Both the position numbers and the translations under genes were made by a program. The notes under the pieces are model-generated. The model was not told where the DNA came from. It searched no databases and saw only the letters and a list, made by a program, of their open reading frames with translations. Of a DNA stretch of 27,611 bases, positions 7,828-16,210 are shown piece by piece. Source of the DNA: Candidatus Yanofskybacteria bacterium RIFCSPHIGHO2_01_FULL_39_8b (lineage in GTDB: Bacteria; Patescibacteriota; Minisyncoccia; 2-02-FULL-40-12; GWA2-44-9); NCBI GenBank assembly GCA_001794015.1, contig MGIZ01000020.1:9876-37486 (forward strand). Direction: 5' to 3'. Positions within the stretch are counted from its first letter, which is position 1. Each line of letters starts with the position of its first letter.

Positions 7828-8765
7828 AAATTGGCACACGTGTTCCTCTGGTTAAAAACCTCTTGATTGTCGAGGGTATTACGCGCGCCGGTAAATTTTT
7901 ATTGGCCAACCTCATTCACGGATTTAAAGACATTGAGCCCATTCAATATTATGGCCTGCCTGAAAATCTTCCTTTTCTTGAAAAATTTGGATTTATAAAC
8001 AGAAGAGCGGCCAAAGAGATATTACAATGCCAGATTGATACACATTGCTATGAAATGCTAATCGGAAGAAATTTTAATCACCGTAAATTCGATAAGTCAT
8101 CAATATATAACAACCCTAGATATAAAGAATTTTTAACCCGTAGCAATGAGCCTGATAGAGAAAAATTGCTTGCAGCGTTTTATAAAAATAATAGTTATAG
8201 CTTTTTTATAATGCATGAGCTAATGCCTCATATTAAAATTTATCTTGATACCTTTTCCGATATAAAGATAGTCAGCATCCAGAGAAGCCCTATTGAACTG
8301 GTCCATTCTTGGTATAAGTGCGGACTAGGAAAAAGATGGGGCAATGACCCAACGTGGTTTCAGATAGCATTAGGAGATAATCAGGGCCCCATTCCCTGGT
8401 ATGCTCATGATTGGACGCACGATTATAGGACACTACCGGAGATAGATAGAGTTATACACTCGATACAAACTCTAGATTATTTATATAAAAAATCATTTAG
8501 TAGGCTATCTTCCCGAGATAAAAACAAAATACTTTTTGTTAGATATGAAAAAATACTTTCATCTCCCCTAAAAGTTATAGATTCAATCAAAAAATTCTTA
8601 AATAAAAATACCCTGCCGGAAATTGGAAAAATCTTAAAGAAAGAAAAGTTGCCTGTAAAAAATTATGGGGCCCAGATATTAAATAAAATTAAAATAATAA
8701 AAAAAATGGCATCTGAAAAATATTTCAAGATTTTAATGGACCTAGAAAATGAATACAACCTTTAA
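7812..8765 (+). CDS. Putative PAPS-dependent sulfotransferase
   Basis: 5'-PSB-like loop IVEGITRAGKFLL, 3'-PB-like motif IQRSPIELVHSW, and C-terminal FVRYEKILSSP..VI..I.KFL. It overlaps the PAPS-synthetase gene by 16 nt. Confidence 0.7.
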   Translation: MVNKIKIGTRVPLVKNLLIVEGITRAGKFLLANLIHGFKDIEPIQYYGLPENLPFLEKFGFINRRAAKEILQCQIDTHCYEMLIGRNFNHRKFDKSSIYNNPRYKEFLTRSNEPDREKLLAAFYKNNSYSFFIMHELMPHIKIYLDTFSDIKIVSIQRSPIELVHSWYKCGLGKRWGNDPTWFQIALGDNQGPIPWYAHDWTHDYRTLPEIDRVIHSIQTLDYLYKKSFSRLSSRDKNKILFVRYEKILSSPLKVIDSIKKFLNKNTLPEIGKILKKEKLPVKNYGAQILNKIKIIKKMASEKYFKILMDLENEYNL

Positions 8766-9516
8766 AAAAATAAGGATAATCCCTAGACTGGATGTAAAAG
8801 GCTCCAACGTAATAAAGGGCGTCCACCTTGAATGTCTTAAAATTGTTGGTAACCCCCAAGATATGGCGACCAGATATTATAATGAAGGGGCCGATGAAAT
8901 AATTTGTATGGACATTGTGGCCAGCCTATATGGACGTAAAAATTTACTTAACATTATTTCTGAAGCTGCTAAAAATATTTTTATTCCTTTAACGGCTGGC
9001 GGCGGTATCAAATCTATTAAAGACATCAAGAATATTCTCCGGGCCGGAGCCGATAAAGTGGCCATAAATACTTATGCCGTTAAAAATCCGGACTTTATTC
9101 CTAAAGCCGCTAAAGCATTTGGCAGCCAATGTATAGTAGGATCAATTGAGGCTAAACTAATCGAACCCGGCAAATGGGAGGCATTTACTGATAATGGCCG
9201 TGAAAAAACCGGCCTAGACGTGATAAAATGGGCTCAAAGGTTAGAAAAATTAGGCGCAGGAGAATTATTAATAACGTCCGTAGACAAAGAAGGCACCACC
9301 AAAGGTTACGACTTAGAACTTATGAATAAAATTACTCAAGCAGTAAAAATACCGATTATTGCTTGTGGCGGGGCCGGCAGTCCTAAAGATTTTTACAATA
9401 CCGCCACCCTGGGAATAGATGCCATTGCCGCATCCCACGTATTCCATTACCAAAAGCACAATGTTAAAGAAATAAAAAAATATTTAAAAAATAAAAAAAT
9501 CAATGTCCGCACCTAA
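8749..9516 (+). CDS. hisF: HisF-like cyclase subunit of the glycan-locus type (WbuZ-like; ammonia channel of an amidotransferase)
   Basis: RIIPRLDVKG..VIKG, GADE...DI.ASL, PLTAGGGI, GADKVAINT, GAGELLITSVDKEGT..GYD, PIIACGGAG. The position equivalent to the second HisF catalytic Asp reads SIE. Confidence 0.88.
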   Translation: MNTTFKKIRIIPRLDVKGSNVIKGVHLECLKIVGNPQDMATRYYNEGADEIICMDIVASLYGRKNLLNIISEAAKNIFIPLTAGGGIKSIKDIKNILRAGADKVAINTYAVKNPDFIPKAAKAFGSQCIVGSIEAKLIEPGKWEAFTDNGREKTGLDVIKWAQRLEKLGAGELLITSVDKEGTTKGYDLELMNKITQAVKIPIIACGGAGSPKDFYNTATLGIDAIAASHVFHYQKHNVKEIKKYLKNKKINVRT

Positions 9517-10156
9517 AATTATAATAATTGACTACGGATTCGGAAATTTATTCAGTCTAACTAATGCTTTTAGATTTCTTGGAATCGAGCCAATCGTTAC
9601 CAGCAGTATCTCAAATATCAAAACAGCTGATGCGCTTGTTTTGCCGGGAGTCGGTGCTTTCGACGATGGGATGATGGGACTAAAAAAGAAAAATCTGGTT
9701 AAGCCAATTCTAGACTTTGCCGATTCAGAAAAAAATCTGCTAGGCATATGCTTGGGAATGCAGTTTCTTTTTGACTATAGCGAAGAGTTTGGAAAGCATG
9801 AGGGTTTAAGCTTAATTTCTGGAGCTGTAAAAAGAATACCCGATCCGAAACAAAATAAAAACTACAAAATTCCCAATATTGGCTGGTCAGAATTGAATAA
9901 ATCAAAGCATTTGAAAAGTTGGAAAAACACTGTATTATCATCAAGTAAAGAGGGGGTAGAAATGTATTTTGTCCATTCTTATGTCGCTTTACCAGAAAAC
10001 AAGAAAAACATCTTGGCATCAATAAATTATGGAAGCAATATTATAACAGCGGTGGTACAAAAAAATAACATAACCGGCCTTCAATTCCACCCTGAAAAAA
10101 GCGGTCCCGAGGGCTTAAAAATATTAAAACAATGGGTAATTCAGATTTCCACATAA
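9503..10156 (+). CDS. hisH: HisH-like class I glutamine amidotransferase (WbuY-like glutaminase)
   Basis: IIDYG.GNL.S, LPGVGAF, catalytic GICLGMQ, YFVHSY, and QFHPEKSG (Cys-His-Glu triad intact). Confidence 0.9.
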   Translation: MSAPKIIIIDYGFGNLFSLTNAFRFLGIEPIVTSSISNIKTADALVLPGVGAFDDGMMGLKKKNLVKPILDFADSEKNLLGICLGMQFLFDYSEEFGKHEGLSLISGAVKRIPDPKQNKNYKIPNIGWSELNKSKHLKSWKNTVLSSSKEGVEMYFVHSYVALPENKKNILASINYGSNIITAVVQKNNITGLQFHPEKSGPEGLKILKQWVIQIST

Positions 10157-10824
10157 AAAAAGATAAAAATTTTAAACCGAAAGAATTATTTAAAGATATG
10201 GCTGCAATTATACAAAAACGTTTTAAAAATACGGGGGATTTTAGCATTCTCGACATCGGCTGCGCTTCCGGCGAATTACCATTTTATTTAAAAAATAGGT
10301 TTAAAACTGACGATGTGTATGGTTTTGATATTTCTCCTAAATTAATCAAAAACGCCAAAGAACGTTTCGGCGGCTCTAAAATTAATTTTACAGTCGCCAA
10401 CGCGAAAAATTTTAAATTCAACAGGAAATTTGATGTAATAACCGCCGCATCCATCCTCAGCTATTTTGATAATCCTTACGAAATTTTAAATAACATTTTC
10501 AAACATCTAAACAAAAAGGGCCTGATAATAATAACCGGCATTTTCAATGACTGGAATTTAGATGTCAAACTTAAATACAAAATGGATAAAGATAAAAAAT
10601 GGGGAGACAAATCTGTTATAAACCAGTTTTCAACAAAAAGAATAGGCGATTATCTGACAAAAAAGGGATACAAGTATAAATTTTCAGAGCAAATAATGCC
10701 GTTTAAAATCGTCCCCCACAAAGATCACCCGATTAGATCATGGACGATAAACTTAAATGGGAAAAGATTTATGATGAGCGGGCTGCAGTTAGCTTATAAT
10801 ATTAAAATTCTTCAAATATGGTAA
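10132..10824 (+). CDS. Class I SAM-dependent methyltransferase
   Basis: SAM motif ILDIGCASGE, YGFDIS...I..A, FDVITA..ILSY. It overlaps both neighbouring genes. Confidence 0.85.
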   Translation: MGNSDFHIKKDKNFKPKELFKDMAAIIQKRFKNTGDFSILDIGCASGELPFYLKNRFKTDDVYGFDISPKLIKNAKERFGGSKINFTVANAKNFKFNRKFDVITAASILSYFDNPYEILNNIFKHLNKKGLIIITGIFNDWNLDVKLKYKMDKDKKWGDKSVINQFSTKRIGDYLTKKGYKYKFSEQIMPFKIVPHKDHPIRSWTINLNGKRFMMSGLQLAYNIKILQIW

Positions 10825-12002
10825 AGACTCTAGACAAACAACTTGCACAGCTCCCAAAAGAAGTTATTTTCTGTAAAAAATGTGTTGTCTCAAACCAGCG
10901 ACCAAGAACAGAATTTGATGCCGAAGGCATATGCAATGCCTGCCGTTATGTTGAAGAAAAAAACACAAAAATTGATTGGGCCAAGAGAGAAAAAGAGTTA
11001 ATTAAACTTCTGAACAAGCATCGCTCCCAAGATGGCAGTTATGACGTTGTTGTCCCATCTAGCGGAGGAAAAGACAGCGGCATCGTGGCTCACCAACTGA
11101 AAACCAAATACGGTATGCACCCTTTAACTGTAACTTGGGCGCCGTTTTTATACACCGACATTGGGTGGAAAAATTATTTAAATTTTAAAGATTCTGGTTT
11201 TGATAATGTTTTATTTTACCCCAATGGTAAAATATACAGAAAGCTGGCCAGAATTGCTTTTGAATTAAAGGGTGATGCCTGGGAACCGTTCGGCTGGGGA
11301 CAAAAATGTTACCCTTTTCATATTGCCGTCAGATTTAAAATTCCTTTAATTTTCTACGGAGAAAACGGCGAAGTAGAATATGGCGGATCTATGCAAAATA
11401 AGAATAAGTCCCATGAATCACCCAGAGATTGGGAAAAGTTATATTACAAAGGATCTGGAGTAGATGCGCTTGTTAAAGAGGGCTTAAAGATGGGAATCCT
11501 GACGAAAGAGGACCTTAAAGAAAGTAATTTCTCCATATTTAAATCTCCTCCATTTGCCCAAATAGAAAAACTTGGGACAGAGATGCATTGGTGGTCCTAT
11601 TATCACAAATGGATTCCCCAGGAAAATTATTATTATTCGGCAGAGCACACCGGATTTGAAGCTAACCCCGAAGGAAGATCTGAAGGCACATATTCAAAGT
11701 ATGCCAGCCTTGATGATAAAACCGACGGGTTCCATTGGTATCTGGGCTATATCAAATTCGGCCTCGGAAGAGCTTCCCGTGACGCTCAAATGGAAATCCG
11801 GAGCGGACATATTACACGTGAAGAAGCTATTTCTTTAGTAAAAAGATATGATGGAGAATTTCCAAAACAGTATTTTAAAGAATTCCTTCAATATCTTGGC
11901 ATAACTGAAAAGCATTTCTGGGAAGTAATCGAAAGGTACAGAAGTCCCCACCTCTGGAAAAAAGTTAATGGAAGGTGGCAATTAAAATTTAAAGTAAAAT
12001 GA
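10818..12002 (+). CDS. N-acetyl sugar amidotransferase (WbuX/PseA/PtmG family; acetamidino synthase)
   Basis: N-terminal CKKC...RP...FD..G.CNAC, PP-loop YDVVVPSSGGKDS, HPLTVTW, YGENGEVEYG, TYSKYASLDDK, KFG.GRA..DA..EIR.G.ITREEA. Confidence 0.9.
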   Translation: MVKTLDKQLAQLPKEVIFCKKCVVSNQRPRTEFDAEGICNACRYVEEKNTKIDWAKREKELIKLLNKHRSQDGSYDVVVPSSGGKDSGIVAHQLKTKYGMHPLTVTWAPFLYTDIGWKNYLNFKDSGFDNVLFYPNGKIYRKLARIAFELKGDAWEPFGWGQKCYPFHIAVRFKIPLIFYGENGEVEYGGSMQNKNKSHESPRDWEKLYYKGSGVDALVKEGLKMGILTKEDLKESNFSIFKSPPFAQIEKLGTEMHWWSYYHKWIPQENYYYSAEHTGFEANPEGRSEGTYSKYASLDDKTDGFHWYLGYIKFGLGRASRDAQMEIRSGHITREEAISLVKRYDGEFPKQYFKEFLQYLGITEKHFWEVIERYRSPHLWKKVNGRWQLKFKVK

Positions 12003-12727
12003 AAAAACAAAAACCGATAATCCTCGCTTACATACCCGCTCGCGGAGGATCAAAAAGAATCCCTGGGAAAAATTTCAAAAAATTCGTAAATAAACCTCTG
12101 ATCGCCCATGCTGTTGAACAAGCGCTTTCATGGCCACATACCGACCGGCTGATCGTTGATACGGATTCACCCAAAATAGCAAAAATAGCAAAAAAATATG
12201 GAGCCGAAGTCCCCTTTTTGAGACCGGCCGAATTAGCCCAAGACAAATCCATGGCAATTGATACAATCTTATACACCCTGAATCGCCTCGAGAAAGAACA
12301 AAATTACAAACCTACCCACCTGTTAATGCTGCAAGCCACATCTCCCCTACGTGAGCTTAAAGACATAGATGCCTGTTGGAAAATGATGAAAGAAACAGAT
12401 GCCACTACGGTTTTAACCGTTTGCTCAACTCATCCCCGCCTTTACCACATGAACGATAAAAATGACATTATTCTAGTAAATGGCCATGAAGGAATGTCAA
12501 CAAATATGCAGGCTTGGTCTCCGGCATATCTGCTAAACGGCTGTTTTGTTTATATAATAGATATTGCAACTTTGAAGAAAGAAAGGCGAGTGATAACTAC
12601 CAAAACTAAAGCTGTTGTCTGTCCAAAATGGCGATCGATTGACTTAGATACTCCCGAAGAATGGGTGATGGCAGAAATTTTATATAGAAATAAAAAGAAA
12701 TTAGAAAAAGAAATTAAATCAATTTAA
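11999..12727 (+). CDS. neuA: CMP-nonulosonic acid synthetase (acylneuraminate cytidylyltransferase)
   Basis: IPARGGSKRIPGKN, KPLIA, VDTDS, AEVPFLRP.ELA.D, LQATSP, SIDLDT.EEW..AE. Confidence 0.93.
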   Translation: MKKQKPIILAYIPARGGSKRIPGKNFKKFVNKPLIAHAVEQALSWPHTDRLIVDTDSPKIAKIAKKYGAEVPFLRPAELAQDKSMAIDTILYTLNRLEKEQNYKPTHLLMLQATSPLRELKDIDACWKMMKETDATTVLTVCSTHPRLYHMNDKNDIILVNGHEGMSTNMQAWSPAYLLNGCFVYIIDIATLKKERRVITTKTKAVVCPKWRSIDLDTPEEWVMAEILYRNKKKLEKEIKSI

Positions 12728-12740
12728 TTTAAACAAATTA

Positions 12741-12775
12741 TTGACATCAGATGTCTTTTAGACATCAGATGTCAA
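12741..12775. repeat. Double palindrome: two copies of GACATC-A-GATGTC nested in a 35-bp inverted repeat
   Basis: Copies lie at 12743-12755 and 12761-12773. The whole element TTGACATCAGATGTCT-TTT-AGACATCAGATGTCAA pairs at 15 of 16 positions. Confidence 0.9.
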
Positions 12776-12782
12776 AGAATTA

Positions 12783-13826
12783 ATGCTAAAGTCTAAACTT
12801 AAATTTTTAGTTATCGGATTAGGTTCAATGGGACGAAGAAGAATCAGAAATCTTCTGGCCAATAAAATAAAAAGAGGGAACATCTTTGGCTTTGATATTT
12901 GGAAAGAGCGAGCCGAAAATGTCGGGAAAGAATATGGTATTAAAGTAACCGAAAGTTTTAAAAGGGCAATTGCAGATTTCAACCCTGATGTTTTTATAGT
13001 CTCCACTCCACCCAATGCCCACGATAAATATTTCCTTTGGGCTTTGAAGAATAACAAGCATTTCTTTGTTGAACATCCCACGACAGACAAAGGCTATAAT
13101 CAGCTTCTAAATTCTAAATTAAAAATTCTAAATTCTAAATTCGGTATTGTGGGTGTCCCTTCAAACAGCTGGAGGTTTAACCCGTCCATCAAGAAAATAA
13201 AAGAGCTTATTGAACAAAACTCTATCGGCAAAGTACTGGCTTTTCAATACCATATGGGCCAATATCTGCCCGATTGGCATCCTTGGGAAGATTCCAAAAA
13301 GGTTTATTTTTCCAAAAAAGAAACTGGTGCTTGCCGAGAAATGTTTGCTTTTGAGCTGGGCTGGCTAACTTTTGCATTAGGGTTAAGCGAAATAAAAAAT
13401 ATCTCCGGCGTAACAAAAAAACTATCCGATCTGGATATGGATGCAGATGACTTTTATTCTGCAATTTTAAATTTCGAGAATGGAATCAGTGCGACAACGA
13501 TCATAGATCTTCTGTCCAAAAAACCGATGCGAACTTTAAGAGTAGTCGGTACAAAAGGAGTTCTTGAGTGGGAGTGGCTTGATTACACGATAAAAATCCA
13601 CAAATCAAGAACTGATTCTCAATTGATCCAGCTAAACAAGGGCCGAAGCGAGAAACATTATGTTTCTACCGAGGATATGTATGAAGAAGAAATCGGTCTC
13701 TTTATAAATGCCCTAGAGGGCAAGAAACCTTTTCCTTTTACTTTCAAAGAAAATCGACATTTCTTGAAGGCTTTATTTGCCCTTGAAAAAAGCAGTAAAA
13801 CCGGAAAAGTAATACCCATAAAATGA
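12783..13826 (+). CDS. Gfo/Idh/MocA family oxidoreductase (PtmF-like)
   Basis: Rossmann motif LVIGLGSMGRRR, FIVSTPP..H, FFVEHP, GQYLPDWHPWED, HELDW-like FELGWL. Confidence 0.85.
   Translation: MLKSKLKFLVIGLGSMGRRRIRNLLANKIKRGNIFGFDIWKERAENVGKEYGIKVTESFKRAIADFNPDVFIVSTPPNAHDKYFLWALKNNKHFFVEHPTTDKGYNQLLNSKLKILNSKFGIVGVPSNSWRFNPSIKKIKELIEQNSIGKVLAFQYHMGQYLPDWHPWEDSKKVYFSKKETGACREMFAFELGWLTFALGLSEIKNISGVTKKLSDLDMDADDFYSAILNFENGISATTIIDLLSKKPMRTLRVVGTKGVLEWEWLDYTIKIHKSRTDSQLIQLNKGRSEKHYVSTEDMYEEEIGLFINALEGKKPFPFTFKENRHFLKALFALEKSSKTGKVIPIK
13105..13142 (+). repeat. In-frame heptamer tandem repeat (TTCTAAA)2-TTAAAAA-(TTCTAAA)2-TTC inside the oxidoreductase
   Basis: Units start at 13105, 13112, 13119, 13126, 13133 and 13140, encoding LLNSKLKILNSKF. 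Confidence 0.85.
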
Positions 13827-14878
13827 ATGAGGTAAAAATAGGTCACAAAATAATATCTAACAAATCGGCGGTATTCATTATTGCCGAAGCCGGCGTTAAT
13901 CATAACGGCAGTTTAAAATTGGCAAAAAAACTTATAGATGTTGCCGCTGATTCCGGTGCTGATGCTGTCAAATTTCAAACTTTCAATCCTGATACATTAA
14001 TAACTAAAGCCACGGCTAAAGCAAACTATCAGGCTCGTAATGAGGGCAAGGCCAAGGAAAGCCAATACGAAATGCTTAAGAGACTAATGTTGCCCAGAGA
14101 ATGGCACCAGGAATTAAAACAATATGCTGAACAGAAAAAATTAATATTTTTATCCACCCCATTTTCTTTAGACGATGCCGTTTTCCTCCATAAACTTGGA
14201 GTAAAAGCCATAAAAGTCGGTTCAACCGATACTAATAACCTACCCTACCTTACTGAAATCGCTAAGTGGAAACTGCCTATAATTTTATCGACCGGGATGT
14301 CTGATTTGCCAGAAATTAAAGAAGCGGTTAGGACAATACAAAAAACCGGCCATCAGAAACTGGTTATATTGCACTGCACAACCAACTATCCAACGCCCTA
14401 TCAAGAGGCCAATCTAAAAGCAATTACTGCCCTTAGAACAGAATTTAAAAATATACCCATAGGCTTTTCAGAACACACTATCGGAATAGAAATCGCCATC
14501 GCTTCAGTACCTCTTGGAATAAGAATTTTAGAAAAGCATTTTACACTTGATGGAAATTTGCCCGGCCCTGATCATCTAGCATCTTTAGAACCGGCAGAAT
14601 TAAGACAGCTTGTATCTTCCATTCGTCATGTTGAAGCCGCCATGGGAACCGGTAAAAAAATGCCTTTTGCCAGCGAAAATAAAATTGCTGAAATCGCCAG
14701 AAAAAGCCTTGTGGCTGCTCACGACATAGCCGCCGGTGAAAAATTAACCGCCGTAAATATAGCCGTAAAAAGACCTGGTACTGGAATAAAACCAAAATTT
14801 CTTAATAAAATATTGGGCAAAAAAGCAAAAAGAAAAATAAAGAAAGATCAGCTATTAAGCTGGGATTTGATAACTTGA
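13823..14878 (+). CDS. neuB: Nonulosonic acid synthase (NeuB/LegI type) with C-terminal SAF/antifreeze-like domain
   Basis: IIAEAGVNHNG, GADAVKFQTF, KA.YQ....ESQYEMLK.L, STPFS, KVGS.D.NN, LSTGM, LHCTTNYP, GFSEHT, EKHFTLD, GPDH.ASLEP, RKS, KRPGTGI. Confidence 0.95.
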   Translation: MNEVKIGHKIISNKSAVFIIAEAGVNHNGSLKLAKKLIDVAADSGADAVKFQTFNPDTLITKATAKANYQARNEGKAKESQYEMLKRLMLPREWHQELKQYAEQKKLIFLSTPFSLDDAVFLHKLGVKAIKVGSTDTNNLPYLTEIAKWKLPIILSTGMSDLPEIKEAVRTIQKTGHQKLVILHCTTNYPTPYQEANLKAITALRTEFKNIPIGFSEHTIGIEIAIASVPLGIRILEKHFTLDGNLPGPDHLASLEPAELRQLVSSIRHVEAAMGTGKKMPFASENKIAEIARKSLVAAHDIAAGEKLTAVNIAVKRPGTGIKPKFLNKILGKKAKRKIKKDQLLSWDLIT

Positions 14879-14903
14879 CACTTAAGCCAAAATAATCTAA
14901 ATT
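14875..14903 (+). promoter_or_regulatory. Putative internal sigma70 promoter of neuC
   Basis: TTGACA (14875-14880, overlapping the neuB TGA stop), 17-nt spacer, TAAATT (14898-14903). Confidence 0.45.
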
Positions 14904-14938
14904 CTTTTCAGCTTTTTACAATATAAAGTCATATTGCT

Positions 14939-16084
14939 ATGAAAAAAAGAAAAATCGCTTATATATCTGGCACAAGGGCGGATTTCGGCATAATGAAATC
15001 TATTCTTAAATCAGTAGATGTCAGCCCCAAACTTGAATTGCAAATGTATGTCACTGGGATTCATTTAACGCCCGGCTTTGGTTCGACAGTAAATGAAGTT
15101 AAGAAAATTTTCCCGGGCACCAAATCCATAGAGGCTAAATTTAACAATGATGGCTTCTCTGGCGTTGCAAGATTCACTGGAAACTTTCTAACAAAGTTAA
15201 CCGAGACTTTCATTAAAAATAGACCTGATTTTGTTTTGGTCCTCGGTGATCGATCAGAAGAATTATGCGTAGCTATGGCTTGCTTATATCTTGGAATTCC
15301 AACCGGACATTTTAGGGGTGGGGAAAGAACATCTGCGTTTGATGAAATTGCCCGTCATGCGATAACGAAAATGTGTAGTCTGCATTTTGCCTCTACTCAA
15401 GAATCAGCAAACAGAATTGAAAAAATGGGAGAAGATAGGTGGAGAATTCATGTCGTCGGAGAAGCATCGTTGGATATCATTCTCAATCAGAAATTACCGA
15501 CAAGAAAAGAACTCTTCGTCAAACTAGGGTTCCCTTCACCGTCTCAATTCATCCTCCTTATTCAACATTCTGTAAGCTACGAACTTGATAGAACTAAAAA
15601 ACAAATCAAAGAGACATTGGCAGCCCTAAAATATCTTGAATTACCAATAATCGTTATTTATCCTAATGCCGATGCCGGCGGAAGAAAAATAGTTAAAGAA
15701 ATAGAAAGAGAGAGGGGGAATCCGCTTTTTCATATTTATCAAAACCTGCCCTATGAATATTTTCTTGCCCTTGAAAGGGAAGCCGATGTTTGGGTTGGCA
15801 ATTCCAGCGGAGCAATGGTTGAATCATCATCGTTCGGCACACCAGTAGTTAATATTGGCACCCGCCAGAAGAACAGACAAAGAGGCGAGAATGTAATTGA
15901 CGTTGATTATAAAAAAAATGAGATTATATCAACTGTCAAAAAATCATTGAACCCTGCCTATATTGCCCGCCTAAAAACCCTGAAAAACCCATGGGGAGAT
16001 GGTAAGACCGGCCCAAGAGTAGCTAAAATTTTAGAAAATCTAACCATTAATTCACAATTGCTAAATAAGCAAATATCTTATTAA
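14939..16084 (+). CDS. neuC: Hydrolysing UDP/GDP-sugar 2-epimerase (NeuC/LegG type)
   Basis: SGTRADFG, VTG.HL...FG.T, LVLGDR.E, GGE.T...DE..RHAITK, YPNADAG, VGNSSG, EssSFG.PVVNIG.RQ.NR, PWGDG. Confidence 0.93.
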   Translation: MKKRKIAYISGTRADFGIMKSILKSVDVSPKLELQMYVTGIHLTPGFGSTVNEVKKIFPGTKSIEAKFNNDGFSGVARFTGNFLTKLTETFIKNRPDFVLVLGDRSEELCVAMACLYLGIPTGHFRGGERTSAFDEIARHAITKMCSLHFASTQESANRIEKMGEDRWRIHVVGEASLDIILNQKLPTRKELFVKLGFPSPSQFILLIQHSVSYELDRTKKQIKETLAALKYLELPIIVIYPNADAGGRKIVKEIERERGNPLFHIYQNLPYEYFLALEREADVWVGNSSGAMVESSSFGTPVVNIGTRQKNRQRGENVIDVDYKKNEIISTVKKSLNPAYIARLKTLKNPWGDGKTGPRVAKILENLTINSQLLNKQISY

Positions 16085-16133
16085 AATTATGTTAAAACCG
16101 TAAAAAATCCGTTTTTTTTATACAATAATATAT

Positions 16134-16174
16134 ATCAATGTAAATATTGATGGGAAATATATAAATGGTAAAGT
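16134..16174 (+). promoter_or_regulatory. Putative promoter of the formyltransferase operon, with a palindrome overlapping the -35 element
   Basis: TTGATG (16147-16152), 16-nt spacer, TAAAGT (16169-16174) with TGn upstream. ATCAAT-N6-ATTGAT spans 16134-16151. Confidence 0.4.
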
Positions 16175-16210
16175 ATATTGAGATTTTTCCCAACATAAAA
16201 AAGCATAACC

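Noticed and set aside
8749-10156. hisF/hisH as histidine biosynthesis genes
   Set aside because: No other his genes are present, they are coupled to a WbuX-type amidotransferase, and the HisF has SIE at the second catalytic Asp position. This is the glycan amidination paralogue pair.
12173-12190. 9-bp tandem repeat AAAATAGCA x2 in neuA
   Set aside because: It encodes KIAKIA in the usual NeuA helix before KYGA and is explained by protein sequence in an A-rich gene.
12741-12775. CRISPR array or sigma70 promoter at the double palindrome
   Set aside because: There are only two 13-bp units with a 5-bp gap, no spacers and no cas genes. Neither TTGACA has a -10 at 16-18 nt.
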